The notes under the pieces: model-generated
The model's database searches: none
The model's input: only the letters and a program-made list of their open reading frames with translations
What the model was told of the DNA's origin: nothing
From: Eledone cirrhosa
Taxonomy: Eukaryota
Direction: 5' to 3'
Assembly: GCA_964016885.1 (NCBI GenBank)
Contig: OZ024757.1
Coordinates: 33,046,001 to 33,110,000, forward strand
DNA: 64,000 bases
In this document: positions 16,624 through 31,066 of the stretch, one piece after another
How the letters are laid out: each line of letters starts with the position of its first letter
Numbering within the stretch: position 1 is the stretch's first letter
Program-made: the position numbers and the translations under genes

Positions 16624-16810
16624 TCATCACCATTTTATGTTGATTCTTCCACGCTAACATGGGTTAGACAGGTTGTCCTGTTGTGGGCAGTGTCCGGTTG
16701 TATGTGTATATGTGGGTATATATATATATATATATCATCATCACCATTTTATGTTGATTCTTCCACGCTAACATGGGTTAGACGGGTTGTTCTGTTGTGG
16801 GCAGTGTCCG
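16498..16810 (-). repeat. Three tandem copies of a SINE 3' end with TA/TG spacers
   Basis: ttcttccacgctaacatgggttagac..gggcagtgtccg x3. Confidence 0.8.
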
Positions 16811-17268
16811 TATATATACACTATATATACATTATATATACACTATTTATGCACTATTTATACACTATTTATGCACTATATATACATTATATAAACACTA
16901 TATATACACTATATATACACTATATATACACTATATATACACATTATATATACATTATATATACATTTTATATACACTATATATACACTATATATGATGT
17001 CCAAGGGAAAGTCAAAGAGTGATACAGCTTGGCACCAGAGATATCACAAATATGTTTTTTCCAGCTGAGTGAACTGGAGTAACGTAAAGTAAAGTATCTT
17101 GCTGAAGGACACAAGGCATTACCCTGTCTGGGAATCGAATCAAAGTCACAACCTTATGATTGTCAGCCCAATGCTCTAACCACTAAGCCAAGTGCCTTCA
17201 CTTCATACATATATATATTGTCCCACCCTTGCAAGCAGGGAGAAGCAGACGTAAAATGATGATGATGA

Positions 17269-17328
<60 letters not shown>

Positions 17329-17331
17329 TGA

Positions 17332-17380
17332 GATTCTACAGGACTAGAACTGTTTCATTCTTTAGAAATCATCAGGAATC
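17332..17380 (-). ncRNA. Type I hammerhead motif (inverted copy)
   Basis: Exact reverse complement of 17400-17448. Confidence 0.8.
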
Positions 17381-17399
17381 ATTCTTTAGAAATCATCAG

Positions 17400-17448
17400 G
17401 ATTCCTGATGATTTCTAAAGAATGAAACAGTTCTAGTCCTGTAGAATC
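17400..17448 (+). ncRNA. Type I hammerhead motif (family A)
   Basis: gattc CTGATGA t-ttc taaa gaa-t GAAACAG ttctagtc CTGT A gaatc; stem I covaries with the 779 copy. Confidence 0.85.
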
Positions 17449-18347
17449 TCATCTATATTAAAACTTTTATACTCTGCAATGTATTGAGTACCTTACTTAC
17501 TGTGGTTACCTCCGATTCAACCCGGAATAACGTACGTATATATATATATATATGTATACTTTTCTAAAAAATATATCATACACAAACGGCAGCATCAACA
17601 GTTTTCCAAGAGATGTCAACATGAATCAACCTTTTATTTTTATCTAAAGACATTTTTTCCAATTCCACCCCGCTCATCCCTTCAATCTATCTTATATATA
17701 TATATACCATCAATCTACGCATCTTTGAATCTTTGCAGGTTTCACCTTTGTCCTTTTAATATAAATCCTATCGCTTTTATCCACCTCCTTCTTTCTCCCC
17801 CCCCCCCTATTTCTTCTTTATTTTTTCTCTTTCTCTCTCTGTCCTTTTTTTACTCTCATATTTTTAATTTCACTTTAGTCTTCTGCTATAGTTGTGTGTA
17901 TGTGTGTATGTGCATATGTGTGTATATATCTTCTTTTCACACCCCACCACCACTACCACCAAATCCCTCTCTGTCACATTACTAGCATTTTTTTACCCCC
18001 CTTATCTAAAGGAAATCATTGTTTCTTTTTTCTTCTTTTTTTTTGTCGCTTTTCTTTCTTCTTTTCACGAGAGGAAATGTTGATAAAAATTACTGAAGTA
18101 GCAAAGAAAATAACTTGGACAAAAAAAATAAAGCAAAATAAAATAAGTCAGACATAATAAAAAAAATATGTATATATATAGAGAGAGAGAGCAACCAGCT
18201 AACAAAAAAACAACAAACAACCATAAAAAATCTAATCAAAAGGAAGTAAATTATCCATAAAGAGAGGAAACTAATGATTGAAGATTAATTAAACATAATT
18301 TAGTTTTAACGATGTTTTTGTTGCATTCAGCAATATATATATATATA

Positions 18348-18680
18348 GCAGCTGATGGCCATAATGGGGTTCCTCCAAAGGGTCTTTGGGGTAACGTTAC
18401 TCGATAAAGTGCATAACTCGGAGATCAGCGAGTCACTCCAGGTAGAGCTGCTACTTCTCCAAATTGAGAGATCACAGCTCCGATACTATGGGCATGTGGT
18501 TAGAATGTCTCAGGAAAGAAGTGCTGGACAGATTTTACAGGCTAAACCAACAGGTTGGAAGGCGACCCAGGGGCAGACCCTGAGCAAAATGATTGGATAA
18601 CATCCATGAGCTTGGCTGGTCTCACTTGGGGATCCAGCCGGATCAGTTGAAGAAGAAGAAGAAGAAGAAGAAGAAGAAAC
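18348..18680 (+). mobile_element. RTE-like 3' fragment with (GAA)n (also 20745-20995)
   Basis: IERSQLRYYGHVVRM. Confidence 0.8.
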
Positions 18681-19042
18681 AACAGCAGCTGCTAGATGGG
18701 AGTTCTTCCTCTGAAGATCCTCCTGATGTCAACTCACCCCATCACGAGTTTTTGCTGGCAAATAATTTTTAAAAAAATTTTTATGTATAATTTGATTCTT
18801 GTGTTTGTTATTTTGGACGAAAATAAAAAAATAAAAATAACAAATAAATGTAGCAGTTGTGGGGATGGGATGGTGGTTGTGGGGGTAGGGCTGTTTTGGT
18901 CTTTAAAAAATATGGAGAAAGCTTTTTCAGGCTTTGGAAATTTTGAAAAGCTTTTCTGTGTTCTACTCCATATTGGAGATGTTATTAGGATAGTTTTCAT
19001 TTTTAGCAGCAGATAAATTTTTCTGTGAGAAGTGATTAATAT

Positions 19043-19225
19043 ATATATACTTGAATATAAGCCGAGGATATGTAGCCAAAAAATCGATGGTAGAAGGCTT
19101 ATATTTAAGGTCAATATTTCACCAATTTTCACCAACTCCAAATTCTATGTAAATAAGGTTTGCATTTTTGCCCACTTCTCAGACATAAAATATTGGGGTC
19201 GGCTTATATTCAAGTATATTTGGTA
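19043..19225. mobile_element. Tc1/pogo-type MITE
   Basis: TIR atatacttgaatataagccga / tcggcttatattcaagtatat. Confidence 0.6.
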
Positions 19226-19344
19226 CTTCCCTTTAGCACCTTGCTCAACCCACCCTTCTTCGTTTCTGGAGAAAGAAGGCACTGTTAGTGGCCTCTCTCC
19301 CATGACCCTCCACAGGGTGAAACATGTGCTTATATTTATCTAAA

Positions 19345-20748
19345 AAAAAAAAAATGTTATCATAATATTTAAGTGTTTATATTTATCTTAAAACCTCTTA
19401 TCATAATATTTTGTAAGAGCCTTTGTTAGGTTATGTTCCAAACACCAGCTTAGTAATAAAGAAATTATATCACTGAATACATCAAAGGTTTTATTTTCAA
19501 AATTATCTGAAAATCATATGCAGTATATTTCATTAGCAATATGGTACCAAAAGGGTAAAGGATTTCTATTTATCCTTTCATCATAATCTTATGCAAGAAC
19601 TTTTATGTTATACTACAAACACCAGTTTAATAAAGGGAAAGTTAGTTATATTAGTAAATCCCTTAAAAATTCTAGATTATTTTCGAAATATTTGAAAATC
19701 ATAGCAATTTATTTCATTAGAAATACTAACAGAAAAACCAACCTTAGGGTAGTTTTCTGCTAGCTTGTGTAGTGTGTATATTGATATTATATGCAAATAT
19801 ATATACATGTAGATATGATACGTCAAATAAAATCGTAATTGACAATATGCACAGAAATTGAAGAGAGACTGTGTTACACTGTTTTCTGTAATCTGTAAAG
19901 TAATCCATGATACATTTAAACAAGACGATATTATATATAAACTGCATTACGGCAAAATGTTATGAAAACAAAAGAGGAGAAAATTAGAGATGAAAATATA
20001 AATGTTATATAACTATGCAAATATATGAACATTTATATAAGTGATGTGATATAGCATACGGACGCTAACCAGAAATGTAGACATTTGAAAATTTTAAAGA
20101 AGTGAATCTTAAAATAAGCAATATATAAGAATATTTATGTTTAACTAAGAGCCACGAAATTTAGTAGATATATTACATAATATTCATTCGTGATTTATTC
20201 AAAGTAATCCAAATTATTTTAATAATGTGCTCAGAATAAATATCCTTGAAAACAGTCTCACAATCTTTATATATAAGATGGTAACAAAAGAGTTAAAATG
20301 TTTATATTTATCTAAAAAACTCTTATTCTAATATTTTTAAAGAATCTTTATGTTCCAAACACCAACTTAATAAAGAGAAAGTTAATTATATTACTAAATC
20401 TTTCCACATTATTGATTATTTTCAAAATGTTTTGAAAATCATAGACAGTGTCTTTCATGAGAAATATGATAATGAAAGAGGTAAAGTATTTATTTTTATC
20501 TAAAAACCACTTTTCTTAATACTTTCTAAGAACCAACTAAATAATGAGAAAATTATATTACTAAATCTTTCCAAATTCTTGATTATTCTCAAAATTATTT
20601 GAACACCATAGGCAGAGTTAAAATTTTTCTATTTATGTAAACATTTTTCATCATAATCTTATGTAAGAAACTTTTTAAGTTATGCTCCAAACACCAGCCT
20701 AATAATGGCAAAGTTAGTTAGATTAGAAATATGGTAACGAAAAGGGCA
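19345..20748. repeat. Degenerate AT-rich tandem repeat (about 180-bp units)
   Basis: Recurrent ttatgttccaaacaccagcttaataa...gaaaatcata...agaaatatggtaac. Confidence 0.6.
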
Positions 20749-21894
20749 TGTGGTTAGAATGTCTCAGGAAAAAATCGCTGGACAGATTTTATGGGCAAAA
20801 CCAATTGGCAGAAGACTCAGACATAGACCCTGAGCAAGATAGTTGGATAACATCCAAGAACTTGACTGGTCTTGCTTGGGGTTCCAGCCGGATCAGTTGG
20901 AGATGGTTGCTTCTGACAGGACCCACTAGAAGGAGTATTTGAGGACTCTTCTCCCATGACTTTCTCAAGAATAAGTGAGCAAAGAAGAAGAAGAAGGTAA
21001 GGAAAAAGGTTAAGAAGGAATTATTAATTTAGATTCTACAGAAACTTTCTTCATACCCGATGGCAGTTTCCTTCTGCAAATAAATATGAATATTTTATAT
21101 AGACTAGGCAGGTGTAATATATTTTTTTAACGCTTGAACCTAAAACGATAATTAAAATGAAGAATCAAACTATATAAACGAAAAAGAATTTTGGAAGGAC
21201 GCCACTAAGGAGGCATGGAATTACTGGAAGGAATTCCAAAGTGATGCAAATGCAAGAACATTAAGGCAAGGAAATGGGTTGGAAATCTTCATCAGTTAAA
21301 ATGAAAATAATTGCAGGAGATGAAGTGGAAAATTAAATAAATCCAAGCAAATAATTGGCTTTTTTAAATATATATTATATAATCCAGTGTTTTACAGAGG
21401 GAACAAGAAATATTCAGTTTCTTCATCAAATTGTAACAGGGCAGCTATACTTGTGGATTACACACACAGACAATCATCATCATTTAATGCCCGCCTTCCC
21501 TGCTAGCTGTGTTTGTGAGTGTGTGTACATGCATATATGAATGTGTATGTATATGAGTATAATTGTGTGTGTCTACATCTTTGCTTACATTGCAGACATA
21601 ACAACAGGTTCTGATTATTTATGTTCCATGACTGCCATAGACTATATATATATATATATATATATCTGGATTCGCAATCGTGAGGTTGTCAGTTCGATTC
21701 CTGGACCGGGCGATGCGTTATGTCCTTGGGCAAGACACTTTATTTCATGTTGTTCCTTCTACCTGGAGTTGAAACCAATAGATAGTATTAGCAAGTGGAA
21801 AGACCAATGGAAACAATGTTTCCTCGGTCCGATTTGACAAAGGTTGATTGACAAATATATATAGATAGATAGATATATGTGTATATATATATAT

Positions 21895-22122
21895 AGTAAT
21901 AATAATAGTAATAATAATAAATTTGAAGACTAAAATCCAAAGCGAGCTCAATAAGGATAAATATATATCAAATATATAAGAACCGTAGAGCAAATATTTA
22001 TTAAAATAGCAGATTAAAGTTTAAGCAAAGAATCGCTGCTTTCACCCTTAATGGGAAGATCCCGTTAAGAGTGAAAGCAGCGATTCTTTGCTTAAACTTT
22101 AATCTGTTATTTTAATAAATAT
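21895..22122 (-). mobile_element. Family F fold-back element
   Basis: Palindrome 21994-22122 plus tail; related fragments near 7541, 34797, 46855 and 49268. Confidence 0.7.
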
Positions 22123-22130
22123 ATATAAAT

Positions 22131-22204
22131 AAAGTATGACCCCGACAGCAGAGCTCAAGCCGTCGAAACGGCTTGAGCTCTGCCGTCGGGGTCATACTTT
22201 TTCC
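22131..22204. mobile_element. Family G fold-back (hammerhead 3' half)
   Basis: 70-bp palindrome containing GAAACGGC ttgagctct GCCGTC ggggtc. Confidence 0.7.
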
Positions 22205-22343
22205 TATATATATATATACATATGTACCCACATACACACACACAAAGAGAGGAGGAGGGACAGAGAGAGAGAGAGAAAGAAAGGGGGAGAAACCGATAAG
22301 AACATTAGCAAAGAACGTTGAATTCTGACATAAATGAAAACAT

Positions 22344-22800
22344 TTAACCCTTTAGCATTTAAACCAGCCGTATCTGGCCAGAATTCTCTCACCTTTTTTC
22401 TGTTCAAATCAGCTGTAACCAGCCACACATACTGATGTTAAAGTATTATTCTCAAAATAAATGATATCAAAATCTTATAGATTGGATATTATGAGGGGTA
22501 AAGCCTTTGCCATGAAAATACAATAGTAAATATAGAGTAATGTAGATGTTAAAGGGTTAAAGATATTTTGGCAGGTTATAAAGTTTGTGTGATAGACAGA
22601 CAAAGCCTTTGCCATGAAAATACAATAGTAAATATAGAGTAATGTAGATGCTAAAGGGTTAAAGATATTTTGGCAGGTTATAAAGTTTGTGTGATAGACG
22701 GACAAAGCCTTTGCCATGAAAATACAATAGTAAATATAGAGTAATGTAGATGCTAAAGGGTTAAAGATATTTTGGCAGGTTATAAAGTTTGTGTGATAGA
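22344..22800 (+). mobile_element. piggyBac-like MITE whose 3' end plus flank is triplicated (102-bp unit)
   Basis: TTAACCCTTTAGCATTT start; units near 22500, 22602 and 22704. Confidence 0.8.
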
Positions 22801-23980
22801 ATGTGTTTGCATCTGATAAGATATTTTCGGTTTTTTTTTCTTCTTTTGGAGTTCCAATGTTGAGGAGTCACATGAAAATGCTGTGGTGGTATTGTTACTT
22901 TAGGGGAGATAGGATTTAAATTTCCAGCCATATGCCAAAAGATAGATACAACATCAAAGTTCTTTAAAAGGAGACTTTTGAGAATGAATTCGTATGCGTG
23001 GGTCGATGATACAGATTTTGAAATGTTGAAATAAGAAGTATTTCTGTTTAAGACACACAAAAATAAAGGCGAATTCACAAAAACAAACAAAAAAACAACA
23101 ACAAATAAATAAAATAAAAAAAAATAGGAAAAAAAAAGAAAGCAACAAAGATAGCAAAAAGGAAAGAATGCAGCATTTTCTCCTTTATTTGTTTTCATTT
23201 AACTAATATAGAAACTACGATTCTTTATCGAGTCACAATTAGTCATTAGACTAGTGCCCCCACAGTTTCAAACTCTTGATAAATAATTCTTTTCACGGTT
23301 AGTAGGCAAGTTTCTTTACGAATATGTTCCTCCCCACCCCAGCTGGTTGCCTTATTATTCTTTAACTTAACGTTGATTAAGTTATGTTATATGTAGCGTA
23401 TTAATAATAATTAAATGTATAAATAAATATAAACGATGCAATGCCTTGCAGCACAGTATAATGAATACATTGAAAAAAAATAAAAAAAATAGAATAAAAT
23501 AAAACTAAAAAATATCAACAAAAAAAAATAAATGAATAAATAAAAAAATAAAAAAATAACCCCAGTACTGAGCTTTCTTTCTTTATAAGAAATGAAAAGT
23601 TTGAATTCCAAAAAGAAAAATGTGTTGTTGATTTGTAAAATAGTAGGTGGTCATGAAAGAATTTAGCTTCTGGAAATAAAAATAGAAACAGAGAGGTAAT
23701 AGGGGTTGTCATTGGTAGTCATGCTTGTTTTTTTTCTATTTTTCTACTAATTCTGGTGTAAGTACTAAAAAAAGCATGGTGGGTTGTTGGTTCAAATCAT
23801 ATCTAAGTTCATGACTAAACGATGAGCTGTGCCAAATTCTAATGGGTATCATTGATAATGGATTTCCTTTGAAGAAAATGGAAAACACATCATCTTCTGA
23901 TTCACTGGATTCATTTCACATGCTCTTTTCATATATATATACATATATATACATATATATATATATACACATATATATAC

Positions 23981-24015
<35 letters not shown>

Positions 24016-24236
24016 CATACATATATATATATATATACATACATATATATATATACATATATATATATACTTATATATATATATATATATACATACATAT
24101 ATATATATACATATATATATATACATATATATATATATACATATATATATATACATATATATACATATATATATATACATATATATATATATACATATAT
24201 ATACATACATATATATATATACATATATATATATAC

Positions 24237-24267
<31 letters not shown>

Positions 24268-24272
24268 CATAT

Positions 24273-24371
<99 letters not shown>

Positions 24372-24462
24372 CATATATATATACATATATATATATATAC
24401 ATATATATATTAGTATATATATTCATATATATATATATACATATATATATTAGTATATATAC

Positions 24463-24541
<79 letters not shown>

Positions 24542-24563
24542 CATATATATATATATACATATA

Positions 24564-24915
24564 GGCTTGGAAAGTATGGCAGGATGGGGGAAGTAGAGAA
24601 CACTATCAAGTGGCCAGGAGAAAAGCTAGGAGACAAGTGTACCTTGCAAAAAGGGTAGCAGAGGATAGAAAGTTCAAGCATGTTCTACAACGTGAGGACC
24701 AATAACGCGAGGTGTTCAGGATTGCTAGACAATGTGTCAAGGAAAACCGTGATATTGTCAGGGAGAAGTGTGTCCGTAATGATAACGGTGTACTTGCCCT
24801 CACTGATGCTGATAAGAAGATAGCCTGGAAGTGTCACTACGAGAGACTATTAAATGAGAAGAATAAGTGGGAAAAAGATAGTCTGCCCCAAATCGATCCA
24901 ATAGAAGGACCAGCA
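24564..24915 (+). mobile_element. RTE LINE internal fragment
   Basis: IARQCVKENRD...[10 protein letters not shown]. Confidence 0.75.
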
Positions 24916-25145
24916 ACAGACTCCACTACAGCAATGAAGAGGCGGATTTTCAGGTCTTTATGAAGGTCCGACTTCCACACCGATTTCAAGCTGTGGCACG
25001 CCGCCCAGGCTTTGCTCTTCCTCTCAACCACATCATCTTCCGTATTCCCAATCTTTGCTCCCAAATACAGGAAGTCCTCAACCAATTCTAGCGGCTTCCC
25101 GCCTACATTAGTGATCCCCTCTGGCTTCTCAACATTATCTACCAG
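24916..25145 (-). mobile_element. LINE RT thumb fragment (related fragment 48760-48945 on +)
   Basis: [11 protein letters not shown]...[21 protein letters not shown]. Confidence 0.8.
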
Positions 25146-25168
25146 ATATATATGTATCAATATATATG

Positions 25169-25202
<34 letters not shown>

Positions 25203-25211
25203 CATATATTG

Positions 25212-25260
<49 letters not shown>

Positions 25261-25265
25261 TATAG

Positions 25266-25314
<49 letters not shown>

Positions 25315-25319
25315 TATTG

Positions 25320-25372
<53 letters not shown>

Positions 25373-25429
25373 CATTTATAGATACATATATATATATATA
25401 CATACATATATATATACATATATAGATAC

Positions 25430-25460
<31 letters not shown>

Positions 25461-25464
25461 CTTA

Positions 25465-25626
25465 TAACGAAGGAAATGTGGTAAGGAACCAGGTGGACCA
25501 TAACGCACCAAAGTACTCAATACTTGGGGTAGTAGAGTGGGTAATAGGAACCAGTAAGACCCCGACGGCTGAGCTCAAGCCGTTTCGACGGCTAATTCTT
25601 ATATATATATACGACGGCTAATACTT
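25465..25626 (-). mobile_element. Family G element
   Basis: Tail and half-hammerhead shared with the 29271 and 42756 copies. Confidence 0.7.
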
Positions 25627-25670
25627 ATATATATATACATATATATATATACATATATATATACATATAT

Positions 25671-26013
25671 GGAGGCACATGGCTTAGTGGTTAGAGCATT
25701 GGCCTTGCAATCGAAAGGTTGTGAGTTCAATTCTCAGACCGGGTGATGTGTTGTTTCCTTGAGCAAGGCACTTTATTTCACATTGCTCCAGTTTACTCAG
25801 CTGTAGAAATGAGATGATAGGGACTGGAGTCCCTATCATTCCACTGCAAAGTGGTCGTGGAGGTGCCACGGCAAAAAAGCACCCAGCACTCACTGTAAAT
25901 GAGGTTGGTGTTAGGAAGGGCATCCAGCTGTAGAAATCAAGCCAGAATCAGTTCCCGTCCCACCCTTGCAAGCAGGGAAAAGTGGACGTAAAATGAAATG
26001 ATGATGAATGATG
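25671..26013 (+). mobile_element. SINE family 1
   Basis: Full length, in (TA)n. Confidence 0.88.
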
Positions 26014-26044
<31 letters not shown>

Positions 26045-26069
26045 CATATATATATACATATATATATAC

Positions 26070-26102
<33 letters not shown>

Positions 26103-26595
26103 CATATATATATACATATATATATACTTATATATATATATATTCATATATATATATACACATATATACATATATATATATACATATATATACATATATA
26201 TATATACATATATATATATTCATATATATATATACACATATATACATATACATATATATATATACACATGTATACATATATATATACATATATATGTATG
26301 TATATATATATATATACATATATATATACATACATATATATACATATATATACATATATATATACATATATATACATATATATATATACATATATACATA
26401 TATATACATACATATATATACATATATATATATACATACATATATATACATATATATATACATACATATATATACATATATATATACATACATATATATA
26501 CATATATATATATAAATACATATAAAAACATATACATATATATATATACATATATATATACATATATATATATATACATATACATATATATACAT

Positions 26596-26626
<31 letters not shown>

Positions 26627-26758
26627 CATATATATATACACACATATATATATATACATATATATATACACACATATATATATATACATATATATACACA
26701 TATATATATATATATAATCTAATATTTAAAATCTGTTTTCCCTGCTAGCAAATATATA

Positions 26759-26839
26759 CAGGATGTCTCCCAAAAATGTATACACACTTTGATTATATCT
26801 ATGTTGAAGTGTAGATATATATTTTTGGGGGACACCTTG
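26759..26839. mobile_element. 81-bp Tc1/mariner-type MITE
   Basis: caggatgtctcccaaaaat...atttttgggggacaccttg, TA on the left. Confidence 0.55.
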
Positions 26840-27176
26840 ACCTCTGTCTTTTTTCATTTTTGTATGCACAAACACACACACATATATATATGTGCCCTAG
26901 CTGCTGACTGTGGAAAATGGAGAACTATCTGCCATGACGGTATAAAGAACTATGAAAAATCTCTGGTCTATCTTTGTGATCTAAGATCTATCACCAAAAT
27001 CTGATCAAATATTCCATTTTGCTCACTCAAAATTCTGTCATCTGCACTAAATGCAGCTTCATGTGTAAATCAGCAGCTGGACTGAAGAGCCATGCTATTT
27101 AAGGTATAACCATAAAAAATGAACTGAGAAGATTGTTAAACCATCATAAGTCCATATATAACGGGAGAGTCCATCT

Positions 27177-27235
<59 letters not shown>

Positions 27236-28211
27236 ATATATATATATACATACAAACCTTATGATTTATGAAGTGTTGGAAAAGTTTTATATTTGAAAAT
27301 GTGAGTGTACCAAACACAGAAAGTGACTCTAATAATAGTGGATCATAATAAATAAAAGTTGAGAAAACAAAGTAAAATATCCTTAGTGTCAAAAAAATGT
27401 GGACAGAAGGGACGTTTGGCTACTTTTTTTTTCCATCTGTAAGGGTATTATATCCCTCTAAGATGGTCATGCTGGTGACAACAAAAAAGTGCCCAGTCCA
27501 CACTGTAATCCATGCTGTTGGCATTAGGAAGGGCATCCAGCCATAGAAAGCAAGCCAAAATACAGATCCATATAAGTCAGTCACGGTCACTTGGCCTGAC
27601 CTATTACATAACTTGACAAACTGTCTAACCCACGCAAGCATGGAAAAATAGATTCTAAACCATGATAAAATACACTCAATACACACCATGAAGTCGTTGG
27701 CATTAGGAAGGACATCCAGCCATAGAAACCAAGTCGGAATGGAACTTACGAGCAAGACGAGTTCTGATTGGTCTAGACAGAAAACGTGACAACCTCTCTA
27801 ACATATGCAAGCATGAAAGACAGAAATGAAATGATTATAATATTTGATATGAAAGTCTAACTTCTCTTTTAACCTGCCTATGACTCCAAAACACCTCACG
27901 TGAGCCTATATATTACATGGAGTACACTGTATGGAATTCCTATCTATTCCTTTTCTGCATATTGAGTTCAGCCATTTCCCTGGTGGCAACAAGATCTTGT
28001 CTTCTTTTCTACTTAAGGTATCTGTATAGTTAGGGGTTTAAAAATAACAGAAGGCTCAAATTCGCTTTGGTTCTTTCCTTTTCCTCTCCTTTGTTACTCG
28101 ATATTTTTGAATAAATGTAACTTATGGAATATACATATGTGTGTGTATATATACCATCATTCAACATATATTTTCCCAAGCTAGCAAGAGTAGGAGATAT
28201 ATATATATTTA

Positions 28212-28284
<73 letters not shown>

Positions 28285-29270
28285 ATATTTATATATATAT
28301 GTATATATATATATATACACACACATGCCCTACCCTTGCTAGCAGGGAAAAACGTATATTAAATAATATATATGTGTGTGTATATATGTGTATATATATA
28401 TATATAAATATATGATGATGATGATAGGTATATATATATGAATATATATATGTGTGTGCGTGTGTATGTGCATGTGTAATTGACTGTTGTGTCTGGAAGA
28501 TTCTAAAATGGTTTGTAAATAACATGAAAATTAACACTTCATACTGGCATTCTATGTATGGTGACGGTGTTATTGGCGGTGGTGGTGTTCGGGGTGGTGG
28601 TTGTGACAACGATGATGGTGGTGGTGTGGCCACACCTACTTAACGCATACATTAGGGGTAATTCCAAAGGCTTGAAAATATAATTGTTTCTACTTCAGGC
28701 ACAAGGCTAGCAATTACCCAGTGCATTACTGGTACTTTATTTTATCGACCCCGTAAGGATGAAAGGCAAAGTCAACCTCGGCGGGATTTGAACTCAGATC
28801 GTAAAGGGACGTAACTATGCTGGAAAGCATGGCGTCCGACCCTCTACCGATACTGCCAATCCACCGCCCTTTACTTGAAAATATAATGTATGCGTGGCAG
28901 GGATGCTAGATGAGTTTCATAAAAAAAGCCCAATATTTACAAAACGTAGTAAAATTGTGCAGAGGTAGAGAAAAATAGTAGAAAAAGTTTTATTAGGAAA
29001 TGAATACATGTACATGCACATATGTGCATATATTAATTTACTAGTAAAATTGCAAGAAAGTAGCCAGAAAATAATACTTTTTTCCCAGCAAATGAATATA
29101 AATGTATATATTAACAGTTAAGTTAAACTATTAATATAAATTGTCAACTTCCACATGTGAGGGTAGTTATTTTCTTTTGTTTGTAACCACACATATATAT
29201 ACATTCATATACATGTGTGTGTTTGTGTGTGAGTGTGTGTATGTATGTATATATATATATACATATATAA

Positions 29271-29477
29271 TGAAGGAAGTGTGGACCATAATGCACCAGA
29301 GTACTCAATACTTTGGGTAGTAGAGTGGGTAATAGGAAAATGCTGAAGACCCCGACGGCAGAGCTCAAGCCGTTTCGACGGCTATTTCTGTATAGCCGTC
29401 GAAACGGCTATTTCTGTCCAGAAATAGCCGTCGAAGCGGCTTGAGCTCTGTCGTCGGGGTCTTCAACATTTTCCTAT
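29271..29477 (-). mobile_element. Family G fold-back with complex junction
   Basis: Palindrome 29332-29477 plus tail; (TA)n flanks. Confidence 0.78.
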
Positions 29478-29535
29478 ATATATATATATCTATACCTATG
29501 TGTGTGTGTGTGTAGATATCTTATTTCTCATTCTT

Positions 29536-29571
29536 TCTTCTGATGAAAGACTAGCATCCAAAACGTTAAGA
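29536..29571 (+). ncRNA. Decayed minimal hammerhead motif
   Basis: tctt CTGATGA aagactagcatcc AAAA cg TT aaga; CG-to-CA change at G12. Confidence 0.45.
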
Positions 29572-30427
29572 TCCTCTTCCTGCTATATCAAGCGTTAACC
29601 TAATATATCCCTTCCATATACTGTACCGATTGTGTTGTTATTTCTGTTTACCTTTTACATATATATATATAATTGTTTCTACTTTAGGCACAAGGCCAGC
29701 AATAACCCAGTGCATTACTGGTACTTTATTTTATCGACCCCGTAAGGATGAAAGGCAAAACCAACCTCGGCGGGATATATAATGCAGAAAACCCGCCTTG
29801 CCTAAGTACAAAGTGAAACCTACAGTCAGTAGGCACCTCTTAATCAAATATACACCCCCTCCCACTACCCCAACTCCCCCACCCCTTTCTCTGTAAAGTT
29901 ATGTTGGTACCACAACATCCAGTCCTAAATAAATGAGGTCGTGTAGATGTCACGACAAAAAAACACACAGTCCATGCTGTAATGTGGCCGTGTAGGTAAC
30001 ACGGTAAAAACCTCCCTGTCCACACTGTAAACGTGGTTGGTGTTAGGAAGGGCATCCAGCCATAGAAAACCTGCCAGACAGTCCTATTCAAGCGAGACAA
30101 CCAATCTAGCTTCAAGTGGGACAATTCCCGTCTAAACCCATCCTAGCGTGGAAGATAGACATTAAACGATAATGATGATGATGATGATGATATATATATA
30201 TATATATACATACCCACATATATATATGTATATATATATATATATATATATACATACACACACATGTATATATACATATATGTGTTAAGCTTAACATATA
30301 AAGAACAAGCTTAACAAAGATTTAAATTAAATCATTTAATTGATTTACGACCATGTCGACATACTAACAATTTAACTGATTTGATGATATATATATATAT
30401 ATATGCTTATATATAAATGCATTTATA

Positions 30428-30468
<41 letters not shown>

Positions 30469-30507
30469 TTATATATAAATGCATTTATATATATGTGTGT
30501 ATATATA

Positions 30508-30564
<57 letters not shown>

Positions 30565-30839
30565 TATATACATATATATACATTTATATATAAGTATATA
30601 TAAGTGTGTGGGTGTGTGTGTATGTATATATGTAACATGGTAGTGGCAGTTCCATGAGAAAACAGACCTGGTACATGCCATGAAGTGTTTCTCATTAGGA
30701 AGGGCATAGAGCATATGAGAGACACATAGTCACCTGACCTGCCTAGACTAACTACACCAAGCTGTTGTTATGGCATTCTTGTAAAAGAGGGAAACACTGA
30801 AATGAAACCTACAGTTTAAATGATTACTAGTCATCTCTT

Positions 30840-31066
30840 TTAATCCTTTAGCATTTACATTACTCTATATTTACTATTGTATTTTTGTGGTAAAGGCTTT
30901 AACTTACATAATTATCTCACATAATATTGAATCTACAAGAGTTTGATGTCATTTATTTTGAGAACAATACCTTAACGTCAGTATGAGCTGCCAGTTATGG
31001 CTGGTTTGAAGGAAAGAGGTGAGAGAATTATGGCTGGATACAGTCGGTTTAAATCCTAAAGGGTAA
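30840..31066 (-). mobile_element. piggyBac-like MITE
   Basis: Same family, reverse orientation. Confidence 0.72.

Larger units (their letters stand above)
17321..17533 (+). mobile_element. Family A fold-back element with two complete, opposed hammerheads
   Basis: Inverted arms 17321-17380 and 17400-17459, a 23-nt junction duplication, tail to 17533, (TA)n flanks. Confidence 0.85.

Noticed and set aside
25671-25742. tRNA gene
   Set aside because: tRNA-like head of a multi-copy SINE; it continues into a SINE body and tail.
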